A DNA stretch of 64,000 nucleotides from Endomicrobiales bacterium (GTDB taxonomy: Bacteria > Elusimicrobiota > Endomicrobiia > Endomicrobiales > JALOBY01), in assembly GCA_963796955.1 (NCBI GenBank), contig CAWCNJ010000004.1:352001-416000 (forward strand), given 5' to 3'. Below, one piece after another: positions 19,236-29,313 of this stretch; positions within the stretch are counted from its first letter, which is position 1; each line of letters opens with the position of its first letter. The notes under the pieces were generated by a model, which had not been told where the DNA came from, did no database searches, and saw nothing but the letters and a program-made list of their open reading frames with translations. The translations under genes and the position numbers were made by a program.

Positions 19236-20480
19236 TTGGGAGCGATCACTTCGACTCTGGGTAAACGGTTCTCATTGAACGAAAAAACAATACTGATAGT
19301 GTTGCGCTCGCTGGTGTTATGCGTTTCGCTTTTCCTGGTGTTCTACAACGCGGATGACAATACCCGCCTGATGCCGGTGTGCGTCACGATAACGCTGATG
19401 TTCCTCTCTATTGCGGGGCTGATCTTCGTACGGCGTTCATACTTTTCCGCGCGCTGGTTCCGCAATACCATATTCGTGCTGGATGTGGTCCTGATTTCAG
19501 CGATCATTTATTTCGCCGGCGGCATGGGTACCGACCTGTACCTGGCGTACTTCCTGATCATCTTTATGGCGAGCTCCGGCCAGAACGTAACCAATGCATT
19601 CTTCCTGACCATCGTTGTTGCCTCGGTTTACGCCATGCTTCTTTTTGCCAGGGGCATGACGTTCTCACTGGCGAATCCCGGTATTTTGCTGCGCATCCCG
19701 TTCTTTTTCATAGTCTCTTTTATTTTCACGCATTACGCCCAGGAAGACCGCAAGCTGCTGCAGGTACAGTCGGCGAGGATGGAAAAACTGTCCGTGCTCG
19801 GCGAACTAATGGCGGGTGTTCTGCATGAGCTGAAGAACCACCTTACGATAATTATCGGGTACGCGCACCTGCTTGATGAGATAAAGGAACCCGAGAAACA
19901 AAAACTCGTCTGGGACAAGATAGTTAAGGCGAGCGGCGAAGCTAACCATGTCATGAAAAATATCCTGGCTTTCGTTTCTTCGAATTCCGAAACCGAACAG
20001 GCTAATATCGACGTAAATCAGATGGTCAACACGACCCTTGAGATGCTTAACGAGAACCTGAAGATGGATCAGGTAAAACTGGTCAAGGTACTGGATTCAA
20101 ATTTGCCGCCGGTCCTGGGCACCGCCTCTCAGCTGCAGCAGGTGATCATGAATCTGGTCACCAATGCCCGTTACGAGCTGGTAAAGTCCCGCGACACATC
20201 AAATCGAAATATCATGGTCACGACGATACAAAAAGGCCGCGATATCTGCATACGGATACAGGACAATGGTGGCGGAATAAAGACGGAGAACCTGGAAAAG
20301 ATCTTCGACCCGTTCTTCACCACCAAACCCGAGGGCGAAGGTACCGGTCTCGGCCTTAGTATTTGTTACCGCATTATAAACCACCACGGCGGGGAAATAA
20401 CACTGGACAGCAAAGTAGGCGAAGGGACGAGCTTTACCATCAGCCTGCCCGCAGCCTCAAGGCCGGAAAATATACTATGA
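19236..20480 (+). CDS. Membrane-bound sensor histidine kinase (orphan)
   Basis: About 6 TM segments, [36 protein letters not shown] start after GGAGGGG. Confidence 0.88.
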   Translation: MGAITSTLGKRFSLNEKTILIVLRSLVLCVSLFLVFYNADDNTRLMPVCVTITLMFLSIAGLIFVRRSYFSARWFRNTIFVLDVVLISAIIYFAGGMGTDLYLAYFLIIFMASSGQNVTNAFFLTIVVASVYAMLLFARGMTFSLANPGILLRIPFFFIVSFIFTHYAQEDRKLLQVQSARMEKLSVLGELMAGVLHELKNHLTIIIGYAHLLDEIKEPEKQKLVWDKIVKASGEANHVMKNILAFVSSNSETEQANIDVNQMVNTTLEMLNENLKMDQVKLVKVLDSNLPPVLGTASQLQQVIMNLVTNARYELVKSRDTSNRNIMVTTIQKGRDICIRIQDNGGGIKTENLEKIFDPFFTTKPEGEGTGLGLSICYRIINHHGGEITLDSKVGEGTSFTISLPAASRPENIL

Positions 20481-20977
20481 ATCTGGCATTAACCGGTTTT
20501 ATGGGCACGGGGAAAACCGCGGTCGGCAGGCTGCTCGCCGGACGTCTTGCCTGGCAGTTCATTGATATTGACGCGGAAATAGAAAAACTGGTGGGTATAA
20601 AAATATCCGATATCTTCGCAAAAAAAGGCGAGCCCTATTTTCGCAATGCCGAAACGAACGCCATTAAACTGGTCAGCCTTTTGAACCATGCCGTTATCGC
20701 CACCGGCGGCGGCGCCGTTCTTCGACCGGAGAACATGACCGCCTTAGAAACAACAGGCCAGATAGTCTGCCTGCGCGCCTCCGTAGAAACGATCTGTGAA
20801 AGAGTAAAGAACGACACCAATCGCCCCCTGCTGCAAGTCCCCGACCCGAAAAAGAAGATCGAAGAAATGCTATCCTCCCGCGCCCGCGCCTACTCCCACT
20901 GCACCTTCGCCGTAGACACCGACGGCAAAACAGTAGAAAAGATCGTTGATGAGATAATAGAAAAAGCCGGGGTGTAG
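20477..20977 (+). CDS. aroK: Shikimate kinase
   Basis: GFMGTGKT, GEPYFR, ATGGG, RPLL. ATG 20477. Confidence 0.95.
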   Translation: MNLALTGFMGTGKTAVGRLLAGRLAWQFIDIDAEIEKLVGIKISDIFAKKGEPYFRNAETNAIKLVSLLNHAVIATGGGAVLRPENMTALETTGQIVCLRASVETICERVKNDTNRPLLQVPDPKKKIEEMLSSRARAYSHCTFAVDTDGKTVEKIVDEIIEKAGV

Positions 20978-20978
20978 G

Positions 20979-21452
20979 TTATTTCTTTTCGAGGGTTTCA
21001 AAAATTTCTGGGAGGTTTACGTCGGTGTTGGCGCAGCCGTCTTTGGTGAGAGGAACGAATTGGACGGTCAACTTATGTTTTTCGCACAGTTCCATGCCCT
21101 GGGCGCCTTCGAACGAGCAGGCGACGCCGATTATCGCGCCGGGTTTTTGCTCAGCGATCAGTTTTTCTATTGTTCTGCCGCCTTTCAGGATGTACAAGCC
21201 GTTATAGCCGAGCTGTTTGCATTTTTTGCTGATATCGGCGATCTTGCATTTGCCGCATTCTATGCAAATATAGTAGCTGCCGTGGTCTTTGGCCTTGCAA
21301 ACTTCATGGTTGCGCAGGCAGTGGGGGACCAGGGCAATGCGCTTGTCCATGGGAACGGCGCGGTATTTCGCGTCCATCGCCTTGTTCCGCCTGGTCGTTG
21401 CGGCAGCGTAGGCAGCCTGCCTGGTCTTCTTCAGCACCTTGCATAATTTCAT
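20979..21452 (-). CDS. DUF116-like Cys-rich protein
   Basis: PHCLR...C...CIECGKCKI...GG...IIGVAC...GC.NT.V pattern. Confidence 0.75.
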   Translation of the reverse strand: MKLCKVLKKTRQAAYAAATTRRNKAMDAKYRAVPMDKRIALVPHCLRNHEVCKAKDHGSYYICIECGKCKIADISKKCKQLGYNGLYILKGGRTIEKLIAEQKPGAIIGVACSFEGAQGMELCEKHKLTVQFVPLTKDGCANTDVNLPEIFETLEKK

Positions 21453-21516
21453 GAATTCATTGTACTAAAATCCGATCAAAAATCAAAACTTTTCGTCCCA
21501 AAACCCTTGATAAATA

Positions 21517-21525
21517 TGCTATAAT
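21517..21525 (+). promoter_or_regulatory. Extended -10 promoter element for the aroB operon
   Basis: TGCTATAAT in the divergent intergenic region. Confidence 0.55.
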
Positions 21526-21560
21526 ACCCTTCGGGTAATATTGTGCAGAGGATCATTTTT

Positions 21561-22634
21561 TTGAAAAAAATAATTGTTAAACTGAAAGAACGCTCATATG
21601 CCATTACCATCGGCGGTGCTTTGGCCGGTGTTGGCAGGGCAATGTCTTCCGCAGGGCTGCGCGGGAAGGTGTTGCTGGTCACCAATACTACCGTGCAGAG
21701 GCTGTATGCCAAAGAGGTTCAGGATAGTTTAAAACGGGCCGGTTTTACGGTCGCTGCTATCGCGCTTCGCGACGGAGAGGAATATAAGGATCTCACGTCG
21801 GTATCAAATATCTACACCGCGGCCCTGAAAGCCGGATTGGACAGAAAGTCCACGATAGTCGCCCTTGGCGGCGGGGTTGTGGGTGACATCGCGGGTTTTG
21901 CCGCGGCCACGTATCTGCGTGGTATTTCGCTGGTACAAATACCCACGACGCTGCTTGCCATGGTAGATTCATCTGTCGGCGGCAAGACCGGGGTTGACCT
22001 TAAAGAAGGGAAGAACCTTGCCGGCGCTTTCTATCAGCCCAAACTTGTCTGGATAGATCCCGCCGTACTTAAGACCTTGCCCCCCCGGCAGCTGCAAAAC
22101 GGCATGGCCGAGGTCATAAAATACGGCGTTATCGCGGACCTCCAATTGTTTTCTTTCCTCGAAAAGAAGTTAACTCCGGTCTCCGGTCTTCGGTCTCCGG
22201 ACCTGGTTGGCGTAATTGCCCGTTGCTGCGGTATAAAGGCAAAGGTCGTGGAAAAAGACGAATTTGAAACAAAGGGTTTGCGTGAAATACTGAACTTTGG
22301 GCATACGTACGGCCATGCGGTGGAAGCCGCTTCCGGCTACAAGGTTTTGCATGGCGAGGCGGTGGCCATTGGTATGATGGCGGCCGGCAAGATAGCTGTG
22401 AAGCTTGGGTGCCTGAAGCTGAAAGATCTGGCAAGGCTTGGTGATCTTATTCAAAACACCGGTTTGCCGGTTCTGTCAAAGGTGAAATACCCTTTTTCCA
22501 CGATCGAAAAAATAATGCTGAAAGATAAAAAGACGCGTGACGGGAAATTTCGTTTTGTGCTGCCAAATAAAATAGGGCATGCCGCCGGTGGAATAATGGT
22601 GCCGGCCAATGTCCTGCGCGAGGTGCTGGAATGA
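21561..22634 (+). CDS. aroB: 3-dehydroquinate synthase
   Basis: [45 protein letters not shown] 21561 after GAGGA. Confidence 0.96.
   Translation: MKKIIVKLKERSYAITIGGALAGVGRAMSSAGLRGKVLLVTNTTVQRLYAKEVQDSLKRAGFTVAAIALRDGEEYKDLTSVSNIYTAALKAGLDRKSTIVALGGGVVGDIAGFAAATYLRGISLVQIPTTLLAMVDSSVGGKTGVDLKEGKNLAGAFYQPKLVWIDPAVLKTLPPRQLQNGMAEVIKYGVIADLQLFSFLEKKLTPVSGLRSPDLVGVIARCCGIKAKVVEKDEFETKGLREILNFGHTYGHAVEAASGYKVLHGEAVAIGMMAAGKIAVKLGCLKLKDLARLGDLIQNTGLPVLSKVKYPFSTIEKIMLKDKKTRDGKFRFVLPNKIGHAAGGIMVPANVLREVLE
22174..22201 (+). repeat. Heptamer tandem repeat inside aroB
   Basis: CTCCGGT-CTCCGGT-CTTCGGT-CTCCGGA. Confidence 0.7.
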
Positions 22635-23068
22635 AAAAAAAGATACTGGTCATCCATGGGCCAAATTTGATGATGTTGGGCGAGCGCGAACCGGAGATAT
22701 ACGGAACCATAACGCTGGACAAGATAAACGACGAGATATGCGCCCTTGCGATAGAACTGAATATTGACGTCGAAATATACCAATCCAATATTGAGGGAGA
22801 GATCGTAACCAAGATCGGCGATGCCCGTAAACTTTTCGACGGCCTTATAATCAACCCTGCCGCCTATACCCATACCTCGGTCGCCATCCGCGACGCGATA
22901 GCGGCTTCAAAGCTTCCCGCGATAGAGGTGCACATCTCTAACGTTTACGCGCGCGAAGAGTTCAGACAAACATCCATCACCGCGCCGGTATGCAAGGGCC
23001 AGATAGCGGGCCTCGGCATAGACAGCTACCTTCTTGGGCTGCGCGGTCTTTCTAAACTGCTTGCCTGA
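22631..23068 (+). CDS. aroQ: Type II 3-dehydroquinate dehydratase
   Basis: [35 protein letters not shown]. Confidence 0.96.
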   Translation: MKKKILVIHGPNLMMLGEREPEIYGTITLDKINDEICALAIELNIDVEIYQSNIEGEIVTKIGDARKLFDGLIINPAAYTHTSVAIRDAIAASKLPAIEVHISNVYAREEFRQTSITAPVCKGQIAGLGIDSYLLGLRGLSKLLA

Positions 23069-23072
23069 GATC

Positions 23073-24104
23073 ATGCCTTCCAGAATAACAAAATTATCCC
23101 AAAGCCTGAAAACCGGGGCCTTGCTGCTTACCGGCAAGACTGATATTTTCTATTTAACGGGAATAGAGCTGGAAGGTTTCTGGCTGGTGGTCACAAAAAG
23201 AGGTTGCACGGCGATCGCTTCTCCTATGCTCGCGGGCCAGCTGCGCGCCATGAAGCCCGGGTTGGAAGTCATAGAATCGGACAACATGGCAAAAACTCTT
23301 GGGGAATACTGTCGAAAACGCCGCATTCGTTCTATCTTTGTTGATATGGATGTTACCACAGTGTCATTAGCCGCACGGCTGAAGAAATTCATTGCTGTAA
23401 CACCTATTCCTTCCCAACTGTCGTCTTTGAGGCTTATTAAGGATGTTCAGGAAGTAAACGCGATCAGAAAAGCCTGCCGGATAGCTGTCGACGCCTGCAA
23501 TTATGCGCGCACGTGGTGCAAGCCGGGAGTAACTGAACACGAGGTATATTTTAAAATAGAGGAATATTTCGCGCGCAACGGGGTAAAAGCCTCATTTCCA
23601 ACCATCGTGGCTTTCGGCCCGAACTCGGCAAACCCGCATCATGTGCCGGGGGCAAGAAAACTGCGTATAAACGATACGGTTTTGATGGACTTGGGCTGCG
23701 TCTGGAAAGGCTATTGTTCCGACTTGACACGCACCTTCTTTTTGGGTAGAATTACAGGGTTACAAACGCGTGTATTTTCATGTGTAAAACGCGCCCAGCA
23801 TGCCGCTTTAAAGGCGGTCGTTGCTGGTGCTTTTGCATATACGGTAGACGCCGCCGCCCGGGACCTTATAGGCGCCGACGGCTATGGGCCGAACTTTATC
23901 CATACCACGGGGCATGGCGTCGGTATAGATATTCACGAAGCCCCGCGTATAAGCGCGAAGGACAAAACCGTACTGAAGGCCGGTATGGTAGTTACCGTTG
24001 AACCGGGTGTGTATCTTCCCGGAAAGTTTGGCGTAAGGATAGAAGATACCGTGCTCGTTACTGGTAAAGGTTTCGAGATTTTAACCAAGGAGTTTCATAA
24101 ATGA
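23073..24104 (+). CDS. Xaa-Pro aminopeptidase (M24 family)
   Basis: DLG...[34 protein letters not shown]; aroQ-pepP-efp context. Confidence 0.92.
   Translation: MPSRITKLSQSLKTGALLLTGKTDIFYLTGIELEGFWLVVTKRGCTAIASPMLAGQLRAMKPGLEVIESDNMAKTLGEYCRKRRIRSIFVDMDVTTVSLAARLKKFIAVTPIPSQLSSLRLIKDVQEVNAIRKACRIAVDACNYARTWCKPGVTEHEVYFKIEEYFARNGVKASFPTIVAFGPNSANPHHVPGARKLRINDTVLMDLGCVWKGYCSDLTRTFFLGRITGLQTRVFSCVKRAQHAALKAVVAGAFAYTVDAAARDLIGADGYGPNFIHTTGHGVGIDIHEAPRISAKDKTVLKAGMVVTVEPGVYLPGKFGVRIEDTVLVTGKGFEILTKEFHK
23724..23752 (+). promoter_or_regulatory. Candidate internal sigma70 promoter within the peptidase gene, upstream of efp-accBC
   Basis: TTGACA (23724-23729), 17 bp, TAGAAT (23747-23752). Confidence 0.55.
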
Positions 24105-24664
24105 TTTCAACCGCAGATTTTAAGAATGGTTTAACGATCTTCGTAGATAAAGAACCCTATCAGATAATCTGGTTCCAGAACCACAAACCGGGCAAGGGCG
24201 GCGCCGTTATGCGCACCAAGATGAAGCACCTGCGCAAAGGCAGCATTATAGAGCGCACCTTTAAATCCGGCGAAAAGTTCGATTCTGTTGACGTTGAACG
24301 CCGCAAGAAGCAGTTCATGTACGGTGATGGAACGGATTTTCATTTTATGGATATGGCCAGCTTCGATCAGGTGGCGGTCTCAAAAGAAAAACTCGGCGAC
24401 AGCGCCCTCTTCCTGATGGAAAACATGGAAGTTCAGGCCATATATCTGGAAGGCGAACTGGTGGAGATAGAAATGCCCCTGAGCGTGGTGCTGACCGTTA
24501 CCGAAACGGAGCCCGGCTTGAAAGGCGATACGGTTTCCAACGTAATGAAACCTGCCAAACTTGAGACCGGCGCTAATGTGAAGGTGCCAATATTCATCAA
24601 GCAGGGAGATAAGATAAAAGTAGATACCCGTACCGGTGACTACGTTGAACGCGTAACAGAATAA
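24101..24664 (+). CDS. efp: Elongation factor P
   Basis: KPGKGGA loop, PGLKGDT, VDTRTGDYVER. Confidence 0.97.
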   Translation: MISTADFKNGLTIFVDKEPYQIIWFQNHKPGKGGAVMRTKMKHLRKGSIIERTFKSGEKFDSVDVERRKKQFMYGDGTDFHFMDMASFDQVAVSKEKLGDSALFLMENMEVQAIYLEGELVEIEMPLSVVLTVTETEPGLKGDTVSNVMKPAKLETGANVKVPIFIKQGDKIKVDTRTGDYVERVTE

Positions 24665-24685
24665 GGTTGCATTATAGAGTGCCCG

Positions 24686-24763
24686 ATCCCGCCATTGTGA
24701 GGCACACACGCCGTTGACGGCGGGATTTCGCGGTACGGCAATGATAACAGCAAGAGGTGCTCC
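24686..24763 (+). repeat. Hairpin+RBS leader module, copy A (upstream of accB)
   Basis: Ungapped 67/78 match to 33072-33149. Stem ATCCCGCC/GGCGGGAT; ends CAAGAGGTGCTCC-ATG. Confidence 0.88.
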
Positions 24764-25201
24764 ATGAACACTGATTCCCTGAAAAAACTGTTGTGCTCCC
24801 TGAGGGAGACGGACGTCGAAGAATTGAAATATGAAGCCGGTGAAACCAAGATATCTTTTCGCAAAAGCAACGTAAAGGCCGCTGCTGTTTCCCAGTCCGC
24901 GGTCGCGGTTGCCGCTCCAGTTGAACTGGCAAAGAAGATGGTATCCATCAAGTCCAACATGGTCGGCACCTTCCATCAGGCCGACAAGGCCAACCGCCCG
25001 CCGTTCGTTATGGAGGGTAACCATGTGCTGCCCGGCAAGAAAGTAGGCGTCATCGAAGCAATGAAGATAATGAAGGATGTTACCAGCAACGTAAAAGGCA
25101 AGATCGTTAATGTTCTTGTTAAAGACGGCCAGCCGGTAGAGTACGGACAAGAACTTTTTACCATTGACCCCAACGACGTGAAAGAAGAAGACGATAAATA
25201 G
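24764..25201 (+). CDS. accB: Acetyl-CoA carboxylase biotin carboxyl carrier protein
   Basis: IEAMKIM biotinylation motif, VGTF, VEYGQELF; precedes accC. Confidence 0.93.
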   Translation: MNTDSLKKLLCSLRETDVEELKYEAGETKISFRKSNVKAAAVSQSAVAVAAPVELAKKMVSIKSNMVGTFHQADKANRPPFVMEGNHVLPGKKVGVIEAMKIMKDVTSNVKGKIVNVLVKDGQPVEYGQELFTIDPNDVKEEDDK

Positions 25202-25231
25202 TAGCTATCAAATCGACATTGAGAGGCCAGC

Positions 25232-26584
25232 ATGTTCAAGAAAGTTCTTATAGCCAACCGCGGTGAGATCGCCTGCCGCGTCATCCGAGCCTGTAAAGAG
25301 ATGGGCATGAAGACGGTAGCTATCCATTCCGAACCGGACCGGGATTGCCTGCATGTACGCCTAGCCGATGAATCTATTTGCATCGGTCCGGGACCTGCCT
25401 CTGAAAGCTATCTTAACATTCCGAGCATTATTTCCGCCGCGGAAATAACCGGCGCAGATGCGATACACCCGGGCTACGGTTTCCTCGCAGAAAATACCTA
25501 TTTCGCGGATGTGTGTGAATCGTGCCACATCAAGTTCATCGGGCCGGATAAATCTTCCATTGAACGCATGGGCGATAAGATCCGCGCGCGCGAACTGATG
25601 ATTAAACGCGGCGTGCCCGTGGTGCCCGGCTCGGACGGCCCGGTAAGCGCGGATGATCCCGATCTTTTCAAGATCGCGAAAAAGATCGGCTATCCGGTCA
25701 TCATCAAGGCGTCGGCGGGCGGCGGCGGTAAGGGCATGCGCGTCGTTGCGTCAGAAGAGGCGTTGAAGAACGCTATCGCGATGGCTTCATCCGAGGCAAA
25801 GGCTTCTTTTAACAATGAACAAGTGTACATGGAAAAATATATTGAGGAACCGCGCCACATAGAGTTCCAGATCCTTGGAGACAGCAAAGGCAAGGTCGTG
25901 TACCTGCCGGAGCGCGATTGCTCTATTCAGCGCCGCCATCAGAAATTGTTGGAAGAAAGCCCCTCGCCGTTCGTTGACGCGACGCTTCGTAAAAAAATGG
26001 GCAAAGCCGCGCGTCTTGCGGCCGAGGCTGTTGATTACGTTACTGTCGGCACCATAGAATTCCTGGTTGATAAACACGGGCATTATTATTTCATGGAAAT
26101 GAATACCCGTATCCAGGTAGAGCATCCCGTCACGGAAATGATAACCGGCGTTGACCTGATAAAGGAACAAATTCGCCTTGCTGCCGGAGAAAAGCTCAGC
26201 TTTGATTCCGAAGACATAAAGATACTCGGCCACGCCATAGAGTGCCGTATAAACGCCGAAGATCCGGATCGCGATTTCATGCCGAGCCCGGGCAAGGTCA
26301 CCCAGTTCATAGTGCCCGGCGGACCCGGCGTACGCGTAGAAAGCCACGTCTACACCGGCTACACCATACCGCCCTTTTATGACAGCATGATCGCCAAGGT
26401 CATTGTGCTGGATTCAACCCGCGAGGCCGCCATCACAAAGATGCAGCGCGCCCTTAAGGAAATGGTGGTTGAAGGCGTAAAGACCACCAAGTCGCTGCAC
26501 ATCAAGATCATGGATAATGAGGTATTCAAGAGCGGTGATGTTGCCACTGACTTCCTGCCCAAACATTTTTTCGGGCAGAAATAA
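25232..26584 (+). CDS. accC: Biotin carboxylase
   Basis: ANRGEIA, HPGYGFLAEN, GGGGKGMR, EMNTRIQVEHPVTE, YDSMIAK. Confidence 0.97.
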   Translation: MFKKVLIANRGEIACRVIRACKEMGMKTVAIHSEPDRDCLHVRLADESICIGPGPASESYLNIPSIISAAEITGADAIHPGYGFLAENTYFADVCESCHIKFIGPDKSSIERMGDKIRARELMIKRGVPVVPGSDGPVSADDPDLFKIAKKIGYPVIIKASAGGGGKGMRVVASEEALKNAIAMASSEAKASFNNEQVYMEKYIEEPRHIEFQILGDSKGKVVYLPERDCSIQRRHQKLLEESPSPFVDATLRKKMGKAARLAAEAVDYVTVGTIEFLVDKHGHYYFMEMNTRIQVEHPVTEMITGVDLIKEQIRLAAGEKLSFDSEDIKILGHAIECRINAEDPDRDFMPSPGKVTQFIVPGGPGVRVESHVYTGYTIPPFYDSMIAKVIVLDSTREAAITKMQRALKEMVVEGVKTTKSLHIKIMDNEVFKSGDVATDFLPKHFFGQK

Positions 26585-26595
26585 GGGGAACACGA

Positions 26596-27174
26596 GTGGA
26601 AAAAACAATAGCAGGTTTTATCGGCGACAGTATAGCGGCGAAGCAGGGAATGCTTGCCCCTGAGCAGATCGCCATGGTCAAGGCAATAACGGAGATGATC
26701 GTTAAGGCTTACCGCGCCGGCAAAAAGATAATCGTTTGCGGCAACGGCGGCTCGGCTGCGGACGCCCAGCATTTCACCGCTGAGCTTGTGGCCCGCTTTG
26801 AACGCGAACGCCCCGCCCTGCCTGCTATCGCGATAACCACTAACAGCTCTACCATTACAGCCATCGGCAATGATTATGGCTATGACGCCACCTTTCGCCG
26901 CCAGGTGGAAGCGTTCGCCCAGGAAGGCGATGTTGTTATAGGCATTTCCACCAGCGGTAATTCTGTTAACGTTCTCCTGGCGCTTGAAGAGGCCAAGAAA
27001 CGCAAAGCATTCACCGTCGGCATGACACGCAAGCAGGGCGGCAAACTTACAGGCGCTGCTGACCTTTGCTTTTGTGCGCCCTCAGACCACACGCCAAGGG
27101 TGCAGGAATGCCACATTCTGGTAATTCACATTATCTGCAAGCTGGTTGAGGAGTCGTTGTTTGGCGATAAATAA
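26596..27174 (+). CDS. gmhA: D-sedoheptulose 7-phosphate isomerase
   Basis: GNGGSAADAQH, GNDYG, ISTSGNS, RVQECH. Confidence 0.95.
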   Translation: MEKTIAGFIGDSIAAKQGMLAPEQIAMVKAITEMIVKAYRAGKKIIVCGNGGSAADAQHFTAELVARFERERPALPAIAITTNSSTITAIGNDYGYDATFRRQVEAFAQEGDVVIGISTSGNSVNVLLALEEAKKRKAFTVGMTRKQGGKLTGAADLCFCAPSDHTPRVQECHILVIHIICKLVEESLFGDK

Positions 27175-27646
27175 GCCCCCTAAAATTCAGCCCCGCGCGG
27201 CTCTCCGCAGGATACTGGTTGCGCTCAAAAAAAGAAAGCAAAGCATCGTTATTACGAATGGTTGCTTTGATATTTTACACGCCGGTCATATTAAGTCTTT
27301 CGAGACGGCCCGTTCCAAGGGCGATGTGCTGGTGGTCGCCATTAATACCGACGCCTCGGTGCGGCGCCTGAAGGGTAATAAGCGTCCCATCGTCGATGAA
27401 ATGAACCGGGCAAAACTCCTTGCGGGCCTTGCCTGTGTGGATTTTGTTACTTTTTTTGAAGAAGATACGCCTGAAGAGCTGATAAAAGAACTAAGCCCGG
27501 ATATTCTGGTAAAGGGCGGGGATTATAAGCTGGAAGAAATAGCCGGCCGGCAATATGTAAAAAAAGTCGTCCGCGTGCCGTTAGTGAAAGGAATTTCCAC
27601 TACAAAGATCATAGAGAAGATAGTTAAAGCGTATGGTCCCAAATAA
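27161..27646 (+). CDS. rfaE2: D-glycero-beta-D-manno-heptose 1-phosphate adenylyltransferase (RfaE domain II)
   Basis: TNGCFDILHAGH, SVRRLKG..RP, PDILVKGGDY, STTKII. Confidence 0.92.
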   Translation: MAINKPPKIQPRAALRRILVALKKRKQSIVITNGCFDILHAGHIKSFETARSKGDVLVVAINTDASVRRLKGNKRPIVDEMNRAKLLAGLACVDFVTFFEEDTPEELIKELSPDILVKGGDYKLEEIAGRQYVKKVVRVPLVKGISTTKIIEKIVKAYGPK

Positions 27647-28055
27647 AAAGTTTCTCAGGCTTTTCGACGCGAATGTGAACCGATGCCGGGAAGGGTTGAG
27701 GGTGCTGGAAGACAGCGCCCGGTTCGTAATGAACAAGCCGGCGCTCTACAAGAAGTTAAGATCTCTGCGCCATAGTGTTGATAGATTGACGAGAAATATT
27801 TATCCTGAAATGCTGGCGGTCAGGGATTCTGTTTCGGACAGCGGTCGTTCGATGAAAGAAAATAGCAAAAGATCCGGACTTGGAGCGGTCCTTGCGGCGA
27901 ATTTTCGCAGGGTTGAAGAATCTCTCCGGGTCCTTGAAGAGTATGGAAAGATAGTTTGTCCTGATTCCGCAAAAGAATTTAAAGCGATACGATACGCCGC
28001 ATATACCATGGAAAAAAAGGTCAGCCTTGAAAACGAAAGCTCTGACGTTGGTTGA
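27633..28055 (+). CDS. Stand-alone ThiD2-like domain (usually fused to the N-terminus of ThiE)
   Basis: DAN.NR.REGLRVLED ... RD...D.G ... ANFRRVEESLRVLEE...RY..Y..EK; overlaps thiC. Confidence 0.78.
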   Translation: MVPNKKFLRLFDANVNRCREGLRVLEDSARFVMNKPALYKKLRSLRHSVDRLTRNIYPEMLAVRDSVSDSGRSMKENSKRSGLGAVLAANFRRVEESLRVLEEYGKIVCPDSAKEFKAIRYAAYTMEKKVSLENESSDVG

Positions 28056-29301
28056 AGCAGCAAAAGCACATAAACAACACCCATCAATAACAGCGGCCGC
28101 AAAAAGCGAGAAGCTTTCCGCCTCATTTATCAGCAAGGGTGTGGCGGATGGTACCATCGTTATACCGCGCAACCGCAACCGCAAATTAAAACGCGTCGTC
28201 GGCGTCGGCAAGGGCCTTGTTTCCAAGGTCAACGCCAATATCGGCTCATCACCAAAACATATTTCAATAGAAAAAGAACGCCAAAAGCTGCAGGCGGCCA
28301 TCTCTGCGGGCGCTGATGCTGTTATGGACCTTTCCACCGGCGGCGACTTGAAAAAGATACGCCGTATGGTGCTGGACGAATGCCCCGTGCAGGTCGGCAC
28401 CGTGCCGCTGTACCAGGTTTCCTGCGAGACGATGAAACGCGGGAAAGGTCTTTCGGACCTTGACGGTGAACATTTATTCGACGTTATAGAGCAGCAGGCC
28501 GAAGAGGGCGTTGATTTTGTGACCGTGCACTGCGGCATAACGAAGCGTACCGTGCAGGCATTGCACAGCCGCAAGCGCCTGGTCGGTGTTGTCAGCCGCG
28601 GCGGCTCTATGCTCAGCAAATGGATACTGGCTACCAAAAAAGAAAATCCGCTCTTTGAGCAGTTCGACCGGCTGCTGGCCATAGCAAAAAAACATGACAT
28701 GACCTTAAGCCTCGGCGACGGACTGCGCCCGGGCTGCCTCGCGGATGCTAATGATGCCGGACAGCTTTCAGAATTGTCGGTGCTTGGCGATCTTGTGCTG
28801 CGCTGCCGTAAGGCCGGTGTGCAGGCTATGGTAGAAGGCCCCGGTCACATGCAGCTGAATTATATCGCCGACCATGTTAAAGCTGCCAAGAAAGTAATGC
28901 ACGGCGCGCCGTATTATCTTCTTGGGCCACTGGTATGCGATGTCGCTGCCGGCTACGATCATATAACCGGTGCCATAGGCGGCGCTATAGCCGGCGCCGC
29001 TGGAGCCGACTTTTTGTGTTACGTTACACCCGCGGAGCACCTGCGGCTGCCTAACGCCGACGATGTTTATCAGGGAGTGATCGCCAGCCGTATAGCGGGA
29101 CACGCTGCCGACATTGTTAAATATGGACAGAAAGCCCGTCAGTGGGATGATACCTTTTCAAAACACCGCAAGGCCTTCAACTGGAAAGCCATGGGAAAGC
29201 TGGCTTTGGACCCGATAAAATTCAATAAAGAAAAAGAAGTTATAGTAGGCGAAGGCGCGGAAGTTTGTACGATGTGCGGCGAATTTTGCGCGATGAAGTA
29301 A
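28027..29301 (+). CDS. thiC: Phosphomethylpyrimidine synthase ThiC (short form)
   Basis: KVNANIG, MDLSTGG, VSRGGS, SLGDGLRPG, EGPGH, YVTPAEH, C-terminal CTMCGEFC. Confidence 0.9.
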   Translation: MKTKALTLVEAAKAHKQHPSITAAAKSEKLSASFISKGVADGTIVIPRNRNRKLKRVVGVGKGLVSKVNANIGSSPKHISIEKERQKLQAAISAGADAVMDLSTGGDLKKIRRMVLDECPVQVGTVPLYQVSCETMKRGKGLSDLDGEHLFDVIEQQAEEGVDFVTVHCGITKRTVQALHSRKRLVGVVSRGGSMLSKWILATKKENPLFEQFDRLLAIAKKHDMTLSLGDGLRPGCLADANDAGQLSELSVLGDLVLRCRKAGVQAMVEGPGHMQLNYIADHVKAAKKVMHGAPYYLLGPLVCDVAAGYDHITGAIGGAIAGAAGADFLCYVTPAEHLRLPNADDVYQGVIASRIAGHAADIVKYGQKARQWDDTFSKHRKAFNWKAMGKLALDPIKFNKEKEVIVGEGAEVCTMCGEFCAMK

Positions 29302-29313
29302 ATTGAAACGGTC

